Source: Amphiscolops sp. MND2022
Lineage: Eukaryota
Assembly (NCBI GenBank): GCA_964187785.1
Contig: OZ076419.1
Location: 20,584,001-20,648,000, forward strand
Direction of reading: 5' to 3'
Length of the DNA stretch: 64,000 bases
In this document: positions 37,220-48,900 of the stretch, piece after piece
How the letters are laid out: every line of letters begins with the position of its first letter
How positions within the stretch are numbered: position 1 is the first letter of the stretch
Position numbers and translations under genes: made by a program
Notes under the pieces: generated by a model
Databases searched by the model: none
Told to the model about the DNA's origin: nothing
What the model saw: only the letters and a program-made list of their open reading frames with translations

Positions 37220-38537
37220 TGGATCTTCGTGAAGCTCGAATGTTAAAACTTCGTTCAGAATATTAGAAGGGATGGACAACGCTTAGGATGATTGGTCTTG
37301 GTTCTTGGTGAAATAATTTCAAAACCTTCAGTTTAACAAGTGAAAGACTGAATTTCAGATTATTGAGTAACAACTGAGGGAAAATCAACAAAATTAAGCA
37401 TGTCACCATGCACAAATTATATTTTCATTCATAAACATGTACAAGTACACGTTACAGTGTTAAATCAAACTTTTGCGTTAACGATCATCAAAATGATAAA
37501 TAATTGCTACTGTTTAACAGTGAAATAGGGAAAGTGGAGCTGCAAAAGTATATCCGATGATGGAAGATACACTGGAGCTGAAAGATTTTGAGGATTTAGT
37601 AAAACCATCGAAATGGGCAGAATGGGGTAATTTTAGTGACCATAATAAAATGGCGGAAATGAGTGTGCAAGCGAAACAACGTTATATTCAAGCTATTTGG
37701 ACATTAGTCTAGTGCACTGTTGTGTTTTTGAGAGTTATAAAAGCAATTAACAAATATTAAAGCAAATTGATGAAATCAGGATCACGGGGCAGAGGAAATG
37801 TTAATCAGCACATGGATATGTTACTGCCAATGCAGACTGAATTCCATAGAACAGTGCACTTCATTTCTGTTGTCTGTTGCTGTTGCATTCTATTCTGTTC
37901 GTTTCTATCTTCTATCTGCGTTGCTTTATGGTCACTAAATTGCAGACGTTTTTCAAGTAAGCCATGTCTAAGAAAACGTTTGAAAGGAGAGTGTCAGTGG
38001 ACGCTGACTATTAAGAGCAGGATGAAAGGGAGGAGTATTGGTTCGGTGACTGGGTCACCCGAGATGAAGAGGAGGATGCGGAGAGGTATGATAAGTTGCG
38101 AATCCCCCCCAGAAAGTTGGGTTGGTCCAAAGACAATAAGTTCTTTGGCAAGAGAAAGAAGGGTCCGCATGGTTGGCACGCTCATCCACGCCGCAAGCGA
38201 TTGACAGCCAGACGAAAACCTCAGGTGAGAGAAATAAATAGACAATACCGTGAATTCGGCAAGAAAGCTTGTAAGGAGGATGGGCGAAGGGATGCAGTAT
38301 CCCAGTATCGAAGGTTGCTGCTAGAGGTTCGCCCGGATCTCAAACCAAAGTGGAGAGCCGTCGAGTCCGATGATGAGCCGTTATCGGAGCTCAAGAAAAA
38401 GATCGAGCTTGAGCACTTGATTGAAGAGGAGCTGCAAGCAGAAGCGGCTCAAGGTGCTAGTACATCGTACTAGTACCTTCTTTTGTTTGTTGTTACCCTC
38501 TTCTTCTGTTAAAGTTTTCTGTTTATTGGTAAGTCCA
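37220..38537 (-). repeat. 3' LTR of the outer element (1318 bp)
   Basis: On the minus strand it begins TGGAC right after the PPT and ends GATCCA; it matches 49919-50816. Confidence 0.9.
37964..38473 (+). pseudogene. Antisense ORF of 169 codons in the U3-side part of the LTR, one premature TAA at 38012; function unknown
   Basis: MSKKTFERRVSVDADY*EQDEREEYWFGDW...KKGPHGWHAHPRRKRLTARRKPQVREINRQYREFG...ELKKKIELE...GASTSY. Homologous frames are retained in the diverged solo-LTR copies. Confidence 0.7.
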
Positions 38538-38550
38538 TTCCGCCCACCTT
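38538..38550 (-). promoter_or_regulatory. Polypurine tract of the outer element
   Basis: aaggtgggcggaa on the minus strand immediately before the 3' LTR. Confidence 0.8.
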
Positions 38551-38565
38551 GAGCAGTAACACTGC

Positions 38566-39387
38566 TCAACTCAAAGGTAATTTCCTCAATTTGATTGCAG
38601 GTTTCACATACTCTCCACGTGCTGTTCTGACTTTGACAACTCGACAGATTTTGTCTTTACCACGATAAACCTCAACGATTCGTCCTAGAGGCCATTGAAG
38701 TGGTGGTGTAGTCTCGTCTGTTAGAAAAACGACATCTCCCTCTTCGAGGTTTGAGTTCGCTTCGCGATTCCACTTTCGTCTCGTCTGAAGTGTCGTTAGA
38801 TACTCCGAGCTCCAACGCTTCCAGAAAAGAGATATCAATCGTTTTAGAAAAATCCATCTTCTTTGCGGATTAACTTCTTCTTCACATATTTGGAGGGAAC
38901 TAGTTTTCTCGGCAACTGATAGGTATTGGATTTCTTTCCCACTGACAAGCATTGACGGCGTGAGAACCGTATCATCCGTTGGATCATCAGAGGCTTCAAT
39001 TAGTGGTCTAGAGTTGGGGATTGCTTCAATTTCGCAGAGTAGTTTAGCAAGTTCCTCGTAGTTTAGGACATTGTTTCCCATTGTCTTCTTCAGGTGGTGT
39101 TTACCTGATTTGTTTCCTGATTCCCAGAGGCCTCCCCAATGTGGCGATCCTGGCGGAATCATGAACCATTGAGAACCCAAATCGACTGCAAGATTTGGCA
39201 AAGATTCTTTCGTGTAGTCGTGAGACAAAACTTCTTCAAGTAGTTTCAGCTCGTTTGCTGTTCCCACAAAGTTCGTACCATTATCGGAATACATTCGAAT
39301 AGGTGCACCTCTACGAGCAACAAAACGGCGCAATGCAGCTGTACATGCAGGTGTGCTAAGTGACGGTACTAGTTCCAAATGAATGGC
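38566..39387 (-). pseudogene. Outer element integrase, C-terminal part
   Basis: HLELVPSLST...RRFVARRG...SDNGTNFVG...PHWGGLWE...FWKRWSSEYL...WPLGRIVEV; it rejoins 45911 at STRAI|HLELV. Confidence 0.92.
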
Positions 39388-40310
39388 TGTTGGCGCCAGT
39401 CATCAGAAGGCAAAGAAACTCGATTCAGAACATGCTGGTTGAGAAACAAGACTTAAACTCCAAAAAACTTAGATGAAAATTTGAAGAAAAGTCCATCATC
39501 AATTTTCTGCAAACCCCCCCCCAAATGGGTTTTCTCCAAGACTATTAATCATAGAGCCATGAAACTTGGCACACATACGCAAGTACCTAACACAAACACA
39601 CCGGCCAAGTTTCAAGGTCATCCACCCAATATAACCCCCTTTACCCCGCACATGTGTAGTTTTCAAGGTCATTGAACCAAAAATGTAAACTTTGTTATTT
39701 ACCCATATGACCCACATTAGAATGTAACTCTGTTGCAATTGATGATATTTACATAGTGTAAACATATTTTCTAACCCACCTAACCAACATGCCAAAACCA
39801 CCATGTGCTTTGTTTACATAGCCAATAACTTTAATAATTCACCTAAATGTCATTTTATTTATACCACATATTTCAACTGATATTTGTTCTATATTTACTG
39901 TAGAATTGTAAACCACATTTATACCATTATTAGGTAGAGATTTTCTCCACTGAAAAGCTATAGTCAAGTTGGGTCTCAGGACCGCGAGACTAATTAATCT
40001 ACTTCTCAATCTTCACAAATTTTCGCTAGAGTCAGAGCGACTAAGTAGCTACTCTTATAGTTGGAGAGCCGGAGCGCGTGAAGATACAGTGAGGGAAGTG
40101 TGTGCAGGATCACATCGGATCCAATTCAGTGCAAAAAGGAATCGCAGGAGATTCCACGGGTCACATCGGACCCACCAGCCAAAAGATACAGTCCTTTAAA
40201 ACAAGAAAATCAGGAATTGTTCATTAACGGTCCACAGTACTAAGCAACGGATCAGGGCGGCGTAAAGCTTGTCAAGCCTCAGCGCAGGATAAGGGCAAGC
40301 AGCCGTTACA
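39388..40310 (+). repeat. 5' LTR of the nested element (923 bp)
   Basis: Near-identical to 44986-45910: about 12 substitutions and a 2-bp homopolymer indel, counted by eye. Confidence 0.95.
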
Positions 40311-40312
40311 TT

Positions 40313-40330
40313 TGGTCCGCCGACCCGGAC
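40313..40330 (+). promoter_or_regulatory. Primer-binding site of the nested element, tRNA-Tyr-like
   Basis: TGGTCCGCCGACCCGGAC, 2 nt after the LTR end. It resembles the complement of tRNA-Tyr 3' ends; the tRNA assignment is inferred. Confidence 0.7.
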
Positions 40331-40429
40331 AACTCGTTGGTGGACGATCCGGACTAGAAGACGACGACTCGTTGGTGGACAGCTGAGAAGATTGCCCAGG
40401 AAGAACAAGTGTCTGATTCTTGGAGTCTC

Positions 40430-40657
40430 TGACTTTGTGTCTCTGGGAGATTGGGCTACTGTGTCTCTGGGAGATTGGGACTTTGTGTCTCTGGGAGATT
40501 GGACTACTGTGTCTCTTGGAGATTGGGCTATTGTGTCTCTGGGAGATTGGGCTATTGTGTCTCTGGGAGATTGGGATACTGTGTGTCTGGGAGATTGGGC
40601 TAGTGTGTCTCTTGGATATTGGGCTATTGTGTCTCTGGGAGATTGGGCTATTGTGAA
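40430..40657 (+). repeat. 24-bp tandem repeat (~9-10 units) in the leader of the nested element
   Basis: Consensus ttgtgtctctgggagattgggcta, between the PBS and the gag ATG (40690). Confidence 0.93.
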
Positions 40658-40689
40658 CTTGGAACTAAACTCAATCGACAAGAGAAGAG

Positions 40690-43600
40690 ATGGCAGAACC
40701 AAAACGGTTCGATATCAACAAAATCGAAAACTTTCTGGAGAACTCTGCTGACAAAGCCCAAACGTTGAGTTATTGGAATGCAGCTGTCGAACACGGTAAG
40801 ACTGTCAAAGAAATTGATGAGAACCTAGCTAGCAATGTTGACGACAAGCAGATAGCAGATTTACTGCTAAGACGAACAGATGCCATAAACAGGAGAGATC
40901 GGGTCATTATGGCAGTCGAAAATGCAATCAAATTCAAGTACCAACCGCAGATTCCCGAAATGTTCTCAGCAGTGAACAGAGCAATGCAGAGCCGATGGGT
41001 TGAGTTACAGCAGCAAAGCTCTAGCGTTGGAAGGGTAAAAACACTGATGTCAGCATTGCAAGATGGAAATCAGATACTAAATTACTTGGATCTTGACGAA
41101 AAGAAACGTGCTATCGATAGACTAATGGTTAGCAACGAAAAGTTGCGAGACGATTCAATCGCAAATGGCAAAGTTGTCGACGAAGAAGATTATGCTGCCG
41201 CATGTCAAGAATTGCTGCAGAAACGGTCTGACATTAAAACGAAGATTGAAGATCTGCTGAAGTCAGGAGAAGGAGGAGCCATTTTGCGAAGTCTTGAAGA
41301 CGCTGAACAAAGACTGGCAGACGTTCGCGCAAGCGTAGCCGCAGACAAATCAAGTAGAAATGGCACTTCACCACAAAAGGAGCCCGAACCAGACGAGGAG
41401 CAGAAAGAAGCTCCTCAATGGTCATAACGCGGATGACAGCCAAGAGCGAAACAAATGTGCTAGATCATTGCCAATAGAAGAATTGAGCATACACTCGCGA
41501 AGTAAAAGAACCAAAAGCAACAAAACGTCTGTGATTTCAAAAACATCTAGTGCAAGATGATTTCTCGATTTGGAGCTGAAATCTTTGAAAGAGCAAGAAG
41601 AACTTCAAACCCGCCTAGAGAAACTGAGACGTGAAGCAAACGAAGTTAAGATAGCTAGCTTGCAAGATGAGATGGTTAGCTTGCAAGAGGAGATGGCCCG
41701 CAAAGCCAAAATTGCTGAAAAGGAACTACAAATGGCGCAAGTGTCGAGTAGTGATGGGTCTAGCTTCCGTAGTATCTCACCAGTCGGGACTCCAGATGAC
41801 AATCTGACGAAAGTCTCAGGATGGATGGACAAGACAGAAGAAGCTGAAAACGTGGCATCGCAGATTAACGTGCCATCTGTATACCAGCAAACGTCCGTCT
41901 CAGCACCAGTGATTACAGTACAATCAACGCATGGAGGACAATGCTCTGCGCAAGTGAAGGACTTGAAACCCTCAGTGAAACCGACCATATCCATAGAAGC
42001 CGCTGTGCGAGGTCTTGGAATGGACAAAACAAAGACTGTCATAGGAGTTGGCAGCCAAAGAGCAACAACGCAACCAGAAGTGAAATTCGCCATCAATGAC
42101 GTCGTTAATTAAGCCGTCAATGACCCTTATGGCAAACCAAAGCTGGGTACCACCTAGGAATGGAGGCAACCCGAGTAGTGCATTTTAAGTACAACAACTT
42201 GAGAACACAAAGAAGCAGTATATGCCAAGTCAAGGGCCAAACATAGTGTCAAATGCGAGAGAAGACTACTACATCAGATCTAGCTTGCCAAAATTGAAGT
42301 TGGCAGAATTCTCAGGTGACCCATTGGAGTGGCCAGAGTGGTCACAACTATTCCAAGCAACCGTCCATGCAGCGAACATAGACGACAGTGTAAAAATGAA
42401 TCACCTGAAAACCATGGTCACAGGCAAAGCCAAGGAGGCGATTGCTGGCCTTGGGTACACTGCTGAGATGTACAATGTGGCGTGGAACGTTCTAGTTTGA
42501 AACTTTGGAAAACCTCAAATGGTTGTGAACGCCCAGTTAAAGCGAATCTATTCGTTCCCTCCGATAAAACCTTATGATGGAGCCGCATTGATCAAGTTTG
42601 CGAGAATAGTGTCGAGTTGCGTGAATGTTTTGACACAATTCAACTACGTGGGAGACCTCAACTCAGAAGGAGTTCTGGGCAGTGCCACAAGGAAGTTAAC
42701 ACTGGACATGAAAACGAAGTGGCTCACTTATGTCAAGCAAATGAACCTGTGTCAACCTGGACTCGCTGTGTTCAGTGAATAGCTCAATGATATAGCAGAT
42801 GTTCAAGACGAATTGCTTTTGTCTTCAAACCCGAATGCTGATCGCGCGAAGTCGAACTACAAGGAAAAGGTCAAAGGCTCCACGTTTGCCACATCAACAA
42901 CAAACACAACCAGTGACAACTCAAAATACCAGCGAGAGTGTGCGCTGAAAGATGGCAAACATCCAATATGGAAATGTGAGAAGTTCAAGAAGATGAACGT
43001 CGAAGAAAGAGGACAAAAGGCGAAAGAGCTGAAATTGTGCTTCAAATGCTTGTCAGATGCACATCAGATGAGAAATTGCTCTGGTAGACTCTGCGATGTG
43101 AATGGTTGCGGAAAACCTCATCACAGATTGCTACACAGACCATACAAGAACGTGGAACAAAAGAAAAATGTTGAAATGTCGATGAGGTCTCCAACCTGTC
43201 CTCAATGAGAAGCAGTGGAGTGCTTCCAGTCATTCCAGTATCGATAGGGAGTGGGAGCAAAACTGTGAAAACGTTCGCTTTGTGCGACTCTGGAGCAAGC
43301 CTGTCCTTTGTGGACGAGAGCCTGATGAAAACGCTAAATCTGACGGGACAGCCAGTGGATTTGAATGTTGCAGGGATTCATGGAACGTCAGATATTAGTA
43401 GCAAACGACTTCGAGTCAGGATTGGAGATCAAGACGGAAAAGTCAAAGAATATATCATGGCCTATAGTCATCCCGACGTAAATGCAGGAAATCGAACGTA
43501 CGACCTCAAGAAATTGAAAGAAGTGAAAGTCATCTTGAGTCAAGATTGCTACCACTTGCATAGAGCAATCGACTATAGAAAGTGTGGAAACGCCAAGCCC

Positions 43601-43700
43601 TGGGCAGTGCAAACGAAACTGGGATGGATGCTCAGTGGACCCTTGCCTCAACAAGAAACTGCGAAGTTCGCCAGTGAATGTTTGGTTTTTGCAGATGTGG
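40690..43700 (+). pseudogene. Nested element gag and aspartic protease, broken by stops and frameshifts
   Basis: LPKLKLAEFSGDPLEWPEWSQLF (DUF1759-like), CFKCLSDAHQMRNC and CDVNGCGKPHHRLLH knuckles, ALCDSGASLSF protease, KLGWMLSGP. Confidence 0.9.
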
Positions 43701-44236
43701 ATCCATTGGTGGATCAGATGAAAACTCGGTCGAGCATGGAAGTGCATACTTCCCACTGCAGCGTATCCGAAATGTCCAAGGAAAATACGGAGATCTCACC
43801 AGACATATTCGTTGTAGAAAGAAACTGGCAGGAAGTCAGTACTAAACCCCTCCTTTTGGAGATCAAGCAAGTCTGGCAAGACGAAATGCACCTAGCTGTG
43901 AGTGACCATATGATAGTCGAACAAGACAAAACATGGGTTTCTCAATTGTAGAAAAAAAGAACGAACATGAAAGTTTTGCAATTAAATCAAACCTCCGAAC
44001 CCTGGAAGACATTACTGTGATGCTTGATTTAGAATAAGTTAAACAGAATATGGATGTCGCCTCTGTGCGACAGCATGTGAAAGAAAAGCAATCAACTCAA
44101 AAGCAAGCAATAAAGCTCGCTGTCAACACTCTAACACATGAAGAGGGAAGAAAATGTTCTCAAATGGACAAAAAAATGAATTCGTAAAAGAGTGTCATGT
44201 CGAACTTCGTGAATATTCAAGAGGAAAAGCGATGTA

Positions 44237-44985
44237 TTGAGACACTCCAATGATTTATTGAAACGCAACCAACCGTCTGAAGAGAACACAAGTGATCGAA
44301 CAAAAGCCGTAAAGATGTCATTTTGTAGAAGACATGATGATGAACTGAAAGATAAACTGCTGGACAAAATTATTCCAAACGACAGTGAAAAGTGTAACAA
44401 CTGGATAGGCTATGGAAACTCGGGAATGGATGCAGTGGCACAAGCTAACCCTAATGCGTACACCAAACTCAAACTGAGCAATGGCCACCGCAAGCAATTC
44501 GAGAAACGATTATTGAAGGTTGAACATAGCTCAAACCTATTACATGGAATGGTCGAAAGTGGTCAATTGACAACTGGCATCCTATATGCAAAGATTGTGA
44601 TTGATGAATTTGCAGATGAATTATCGCTGATGGAAACGCGATTGAGTTCATCAAAAGCACAAACAACAAAAAACTCGGAAAATGGGCCTTTCATAGGGCC
44701 GGCTGTATCATGGGAAGAAATGATTATGCAACATGAATTCTTTGGAAAATGGAATAAAGAAGAAGTTAGACAACTAGAAGTAAATGATTTGGTTTGGAAA
44801 GTAGATGAAAATGTAAAAAGAGCACATTACAAGATGGGTAGAGTGATAGAAGTCTATCATGGAAGCAATGGGCGAGTGAGATCAGCGCTGGTGAAAACTG
44901 AAGGTGGAAAACTCAAAAGACCAGTAGTGAAACTGGCACCCATGTTCTACAGAAGTGTTTTTCGGGAGAAAAACAGGGCCGGCAA
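44237..44985 (+). pseudogene. Collapsed pol remnant ending in the integrase C-terminal domain, followed by the PPT
   Basis: KWN...LEVNDLVW...YKMGRVIEVYHGSNGRVRSALVKT...KRPVVKLAP. No YxDD, RNaseH or DDE core is seen. Purine tract gggagaaaaacagggccggcaa at 44964-44985. Confidence 0.8.
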
Positions 44986-45910
44986 TGTTGGCGCCAGTCA
45001 TCAGAAGGCAAAGAAACACGATTCAGAACATGCTGGTTGAGAAACAAGACTTAAACTCCAAAAAACTTACATGAAAATTTGAAGAAAAGTCCATCATCAA
45101 TTTTCTGCAAAACCCCCCCCCCAAATGGGTTTTCTCCAAGACTAATAATCATAGAGCCATGAAACTTGGCACACATACGCAAGTACCTAACACAAACACA
45201 CCGGCCAAGTTTCAAGGTCATCCACCCAATATAACCCCCTTTACCCCGCACATGTGTAGTTTTCAAGGTCATTGAACCAAAAATGTAAACTTTGTTATTT
45301 ACCCATATGACCCACATTAGATTGTAACTCTGTTGCAATTGATGATATTTACATAGTGTAAACATATTTTCTAACCCACCTAACCAACATGCCAAAACCA
45401 CCATGTGCTTTGTTTACATAGCCAATAACTTTAATAATTCACTTAAATGTCATTTTATTTATACCACATATTTCAACTGATATTTGTTCTATATTTACTG
45501 TAGAATTGTAAACCACATTTATACCATTATTAGATAGAGATTTTCTCCACTGAATAGCTATAGTCAAGTTGGGTCTCAGGACCGCGAGACTAATTAATCT
45601 ACTTCTCAATCTTCACAACTTTTCGCTAGAGTCAGAGCGACTAAGTAGCTACTCTTATAGTTGGAGAGCCGGAGCGCGTGAAGATACAGTGAGGGAAGTG
45701 TGTGCAGGATCACATCGGATCCAATTCAGTGCAAAAAGGAATCGCAGGAGATTCCACGGGTCACATCGGACCCACCAGCTAAAAGATACAGTCCTTTAAA
45801 ACAAGAAAATCAGGAATTGTTTAGTAACGGTCCACAGTACTAAGCAACGGATCAGGGCGGCGTAACGCTTGTCAAGCCTCAGCGCAGGATAAGGGCAAGC
45901 AGCCGTTACA
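44986..45910 (+). repeat. 3' LTR of the nested element (925 bp)
   Basis: Matches 39388-40310 and is followed by the TSD. Confidence 0.95.
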
Positions 45911-48900
45911 ATGGCCCTTGTTGAGAAGCAGACGAACAATGCCATGTAGCACTTGAATATTTCCTTTGTCTGAAAGTCTTCGACAGTGAAGGCACCGGTG
46001 AAGTCCACGCCAGTGTACGTGAAAGGTGGCGATGGTGTAATCCTTTCTTCTGGTAAATCACCCATGAGAGGTGCTTGGATCCTGGAATTGTAGCAAAAAC
46101 ATTTGATGCAGTTATGGATGTGTTTCCGGATGAGAGTTTTGGCATGTATGATCCAAAAGTTTCGTCTAATCTCAACTAGGGTAGCATTTGCTCCAGCGTG
46201 GAGCATCTTGAGGTGAACATCTGCGATGATCAGTCTTGAAAGTGGACTTTCTTTTGGAATGAGGATGGGAAAGCGCTTTGTTTCTGCAGTTGTCCAATTA
46301 TTTCTAATCCTTCCGCCCACCTTGAGGATCCCATCCTCAATAAAAAGATTAAGCTGCGAAACTGAACTTTTCCGTGGTAGTGGACGTTCATTCTGTAAGC
46401 AGGCAATCTCCTCTTCGAATTGGACTCCTTGCTCCTAACGAACAATGTCTTCAAGAACCTTTTGTCGGAACTTAAGTAATCTTGGGCCATTCTTCTTCAA
46501 AAATAGCAGTTTTTTGAGACCAGAATTTTTCATTCGTAGCTTGTCGATGAAGAACTGAACATAACAGTGCACTTGAATGGCTTTAGACAGAGTGCACTGT
46601 TCGTTTAGATTGATTCGATCCTGATCCTGTGTGTCTGAAAATGGTCTCAAAAAACACAAAATGTGGCTTTTCTTCCTGTCGGTGTCCGTTTTGCTAGTTT
46701 GCGGTTGTTTAGGAATGCTGAGACTTCCTAGCCATCTTGGACCGTTCCACCAGAGTGCTGCTGAGTCTAATTGATCTGCTGATACTCCTCGAGTCGCTAG
46801 ATCAGCTGGGTTATCTTCACTTGGGACATGTTTCCAGTGTTTTAGCTTCAGGTTGTCCTGAATTGCTTGGACACGGTTGGCAATGAAGGTATTCCAGCTT
46901 CGCGGGATTTCTTGAAGCCAACTGAGCACCAAAGTAGAGTCCGTCCATTCATGAAGTTGTTCCGGAATGAAGTTAATCTTCTCTAAAATTGGTAGGACAG
47001 CTTTCAACAAACTGCATCCAAGAAATGCTGCACGAAGTTCTAATTTTGGGACAGTGAGAGGCTTCAAAGGTGCAACTTTTGACTTGGAAACCAAAAGGTT
47101 GGTTTCTTGTGTGTCGAGGCAGCGAACATAGATGCAAGCAGCACATGCTAGCTCCGAAGCATCGCAAAATAAGTGCAATTCGAAACGCTTTTTCAGTATG
47201 TGTCTCGGAATCTTCAATTTTGTAATCAATGGTAGTGTTTTACGCCATTTCATGAACTCCGATTGAACATCCGATGGCAATTCCTCATCCCAATTAACTC
47301 CACCAACCCAGCAAGATTGCATTATTAGTTTTAACTTCAGTGTAACAGGTGTTAATAGACCGAGTGGGTCGAAGATTGTTGAGATATCTGACAACATTGA
47401 TCGTTTAGTGAATTTCAGCTTGTCCGATTCCTTAATTGTGAATGCAAAGTTGTCTTCGTTTGGCAGCCACTTTATTCCGAGCGTTTTGACACTATAGTGA
47501 TGCTCAGTGAAGTTTTTCTCACTTTCACGAAGGTTTGGTTGGAGATCTTCGATGATTTTCGCATTGTTGCTGGCGAATTTTCGCAAAATCATTCCGTGCT
47601 TTTCTAATTGTTTCGACACTGCATGGATAAGTTGAGTTGCTTCTCCTCGGTGTGAGCACCAGAGAGCATATCATCTACGTAGAAGTCTCTTTAGATGACG
47701 TTTTCCACTGACGAATCCTTTCCGGCTTCTTGAAATGAACGAATGGAATGGTATCCTGATGAGCCAATGCCATACGTCATTCGTGTCATTCGGTAGACCT
47801 TGATGGGATCACTTGGCGTGTCTCGCCAAAATAGTCGATGAAAATCCTTGTCATCTTTGTCTAATGCAATTTGTCTATACATTTTTGCAATTTCACCAGT
47901 GATTCCAATAGCATAGCATCGGAATCTGATGAGGTGATCAAACAAGTCGTCTTGTATCTTCGGTCCCACCAGGAGAACGTCATTGAGGGAAACTTTTGTG
48001 GATGTTTTCGCGCGGGCGTCGAAAACAACTCGAAGCTTGGTTGTTGTACTTTCTTTCTGGACACAATGATGTGGTAGGTAGAAGCATTTGTGAGGGTGCA
48101 AATCAAGTTCCTGCTTTGGGACTTCCTCCAGATGTTCTAAGTCAATGAACTCGTGTATGAAATCTCTATATTGCTGTTGGAGAATAGGGTTCGCTTCCAG
48201 TCATTTTTCGAGAATGAGAAAACGTCTCAACGCACTTGCCTTGCTTTCTCCAAGCGGTGTTGCATCAGGTTTGAAAGGCAGTTTGACTTGGAATCGTCCA
48301 TTCACCAACTTTGTTGTTGCTTCAAAGTGGTTTTTTGTAACCATCTCTGCTTCTGTGAGGGAAGGCTTGGTTGATGGCACCTCTTCAGTGCACCAGAATT
48401 TGCTGATATCTTGTGCACTGTTTGTTTGAAGAAAGTTGCAAACTGCTTCAGATGGAGAATTTTGGTCTCTAAATTTGGCAACTTCCGCTCTTCCGGTTAT
48501 GACCCAACCGAATACTCTTCGAGTGAATGTTAGATCTTTTTCTTGGAAACGATCATTTGTTGTCATTTGGTTCATCAATTCCACTCCGATCAACATGTCA
48601 ATTGATCCTGGATATGCAAAACTCTTGTCGGCTAGGTGGAGATCTTTTATGATGTCTATGGTCTTTACATCTATCGGTTGACTGGGAAGAGTATTTGTTA
48701 TTTTGGAAATTACATGCATTTCGGATACCACAAGAGGTTGATTTTGTGGTCTGATTGTTACTGTCACGACTCCATTTGTGGGTTTGGGTGCTGATGATCC
48801 CAGGTTGTAGATTGCCGTCTTCGTTCCTCGTCTTGGCAGCTGCAATTGTTGTGCAAGTCGTTCAGTTATGAAATTGGTTTCGGATCCACTGTCAAGGAGG

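Larger units (their letters stand above)
39388..45910 (+). mobile_element. Nested BEL/Pao element, pol-deleted (non-autonomous), both LTRs present, 5-bp TSD ATGGC
   Basis: atggc at 39383-39387 and 45911-45915. LTRs run TGTTGGCG...GTTACA; PBS, PPT, gag and protease are present. Confidence 0.95.

Noticed and set aside
40196-40751. Repeat proteins (QSPRDT)n and (SLGDWA)n
   Set aside because: These are translations of the 24-bp leader repeat, upstream of the gag start.
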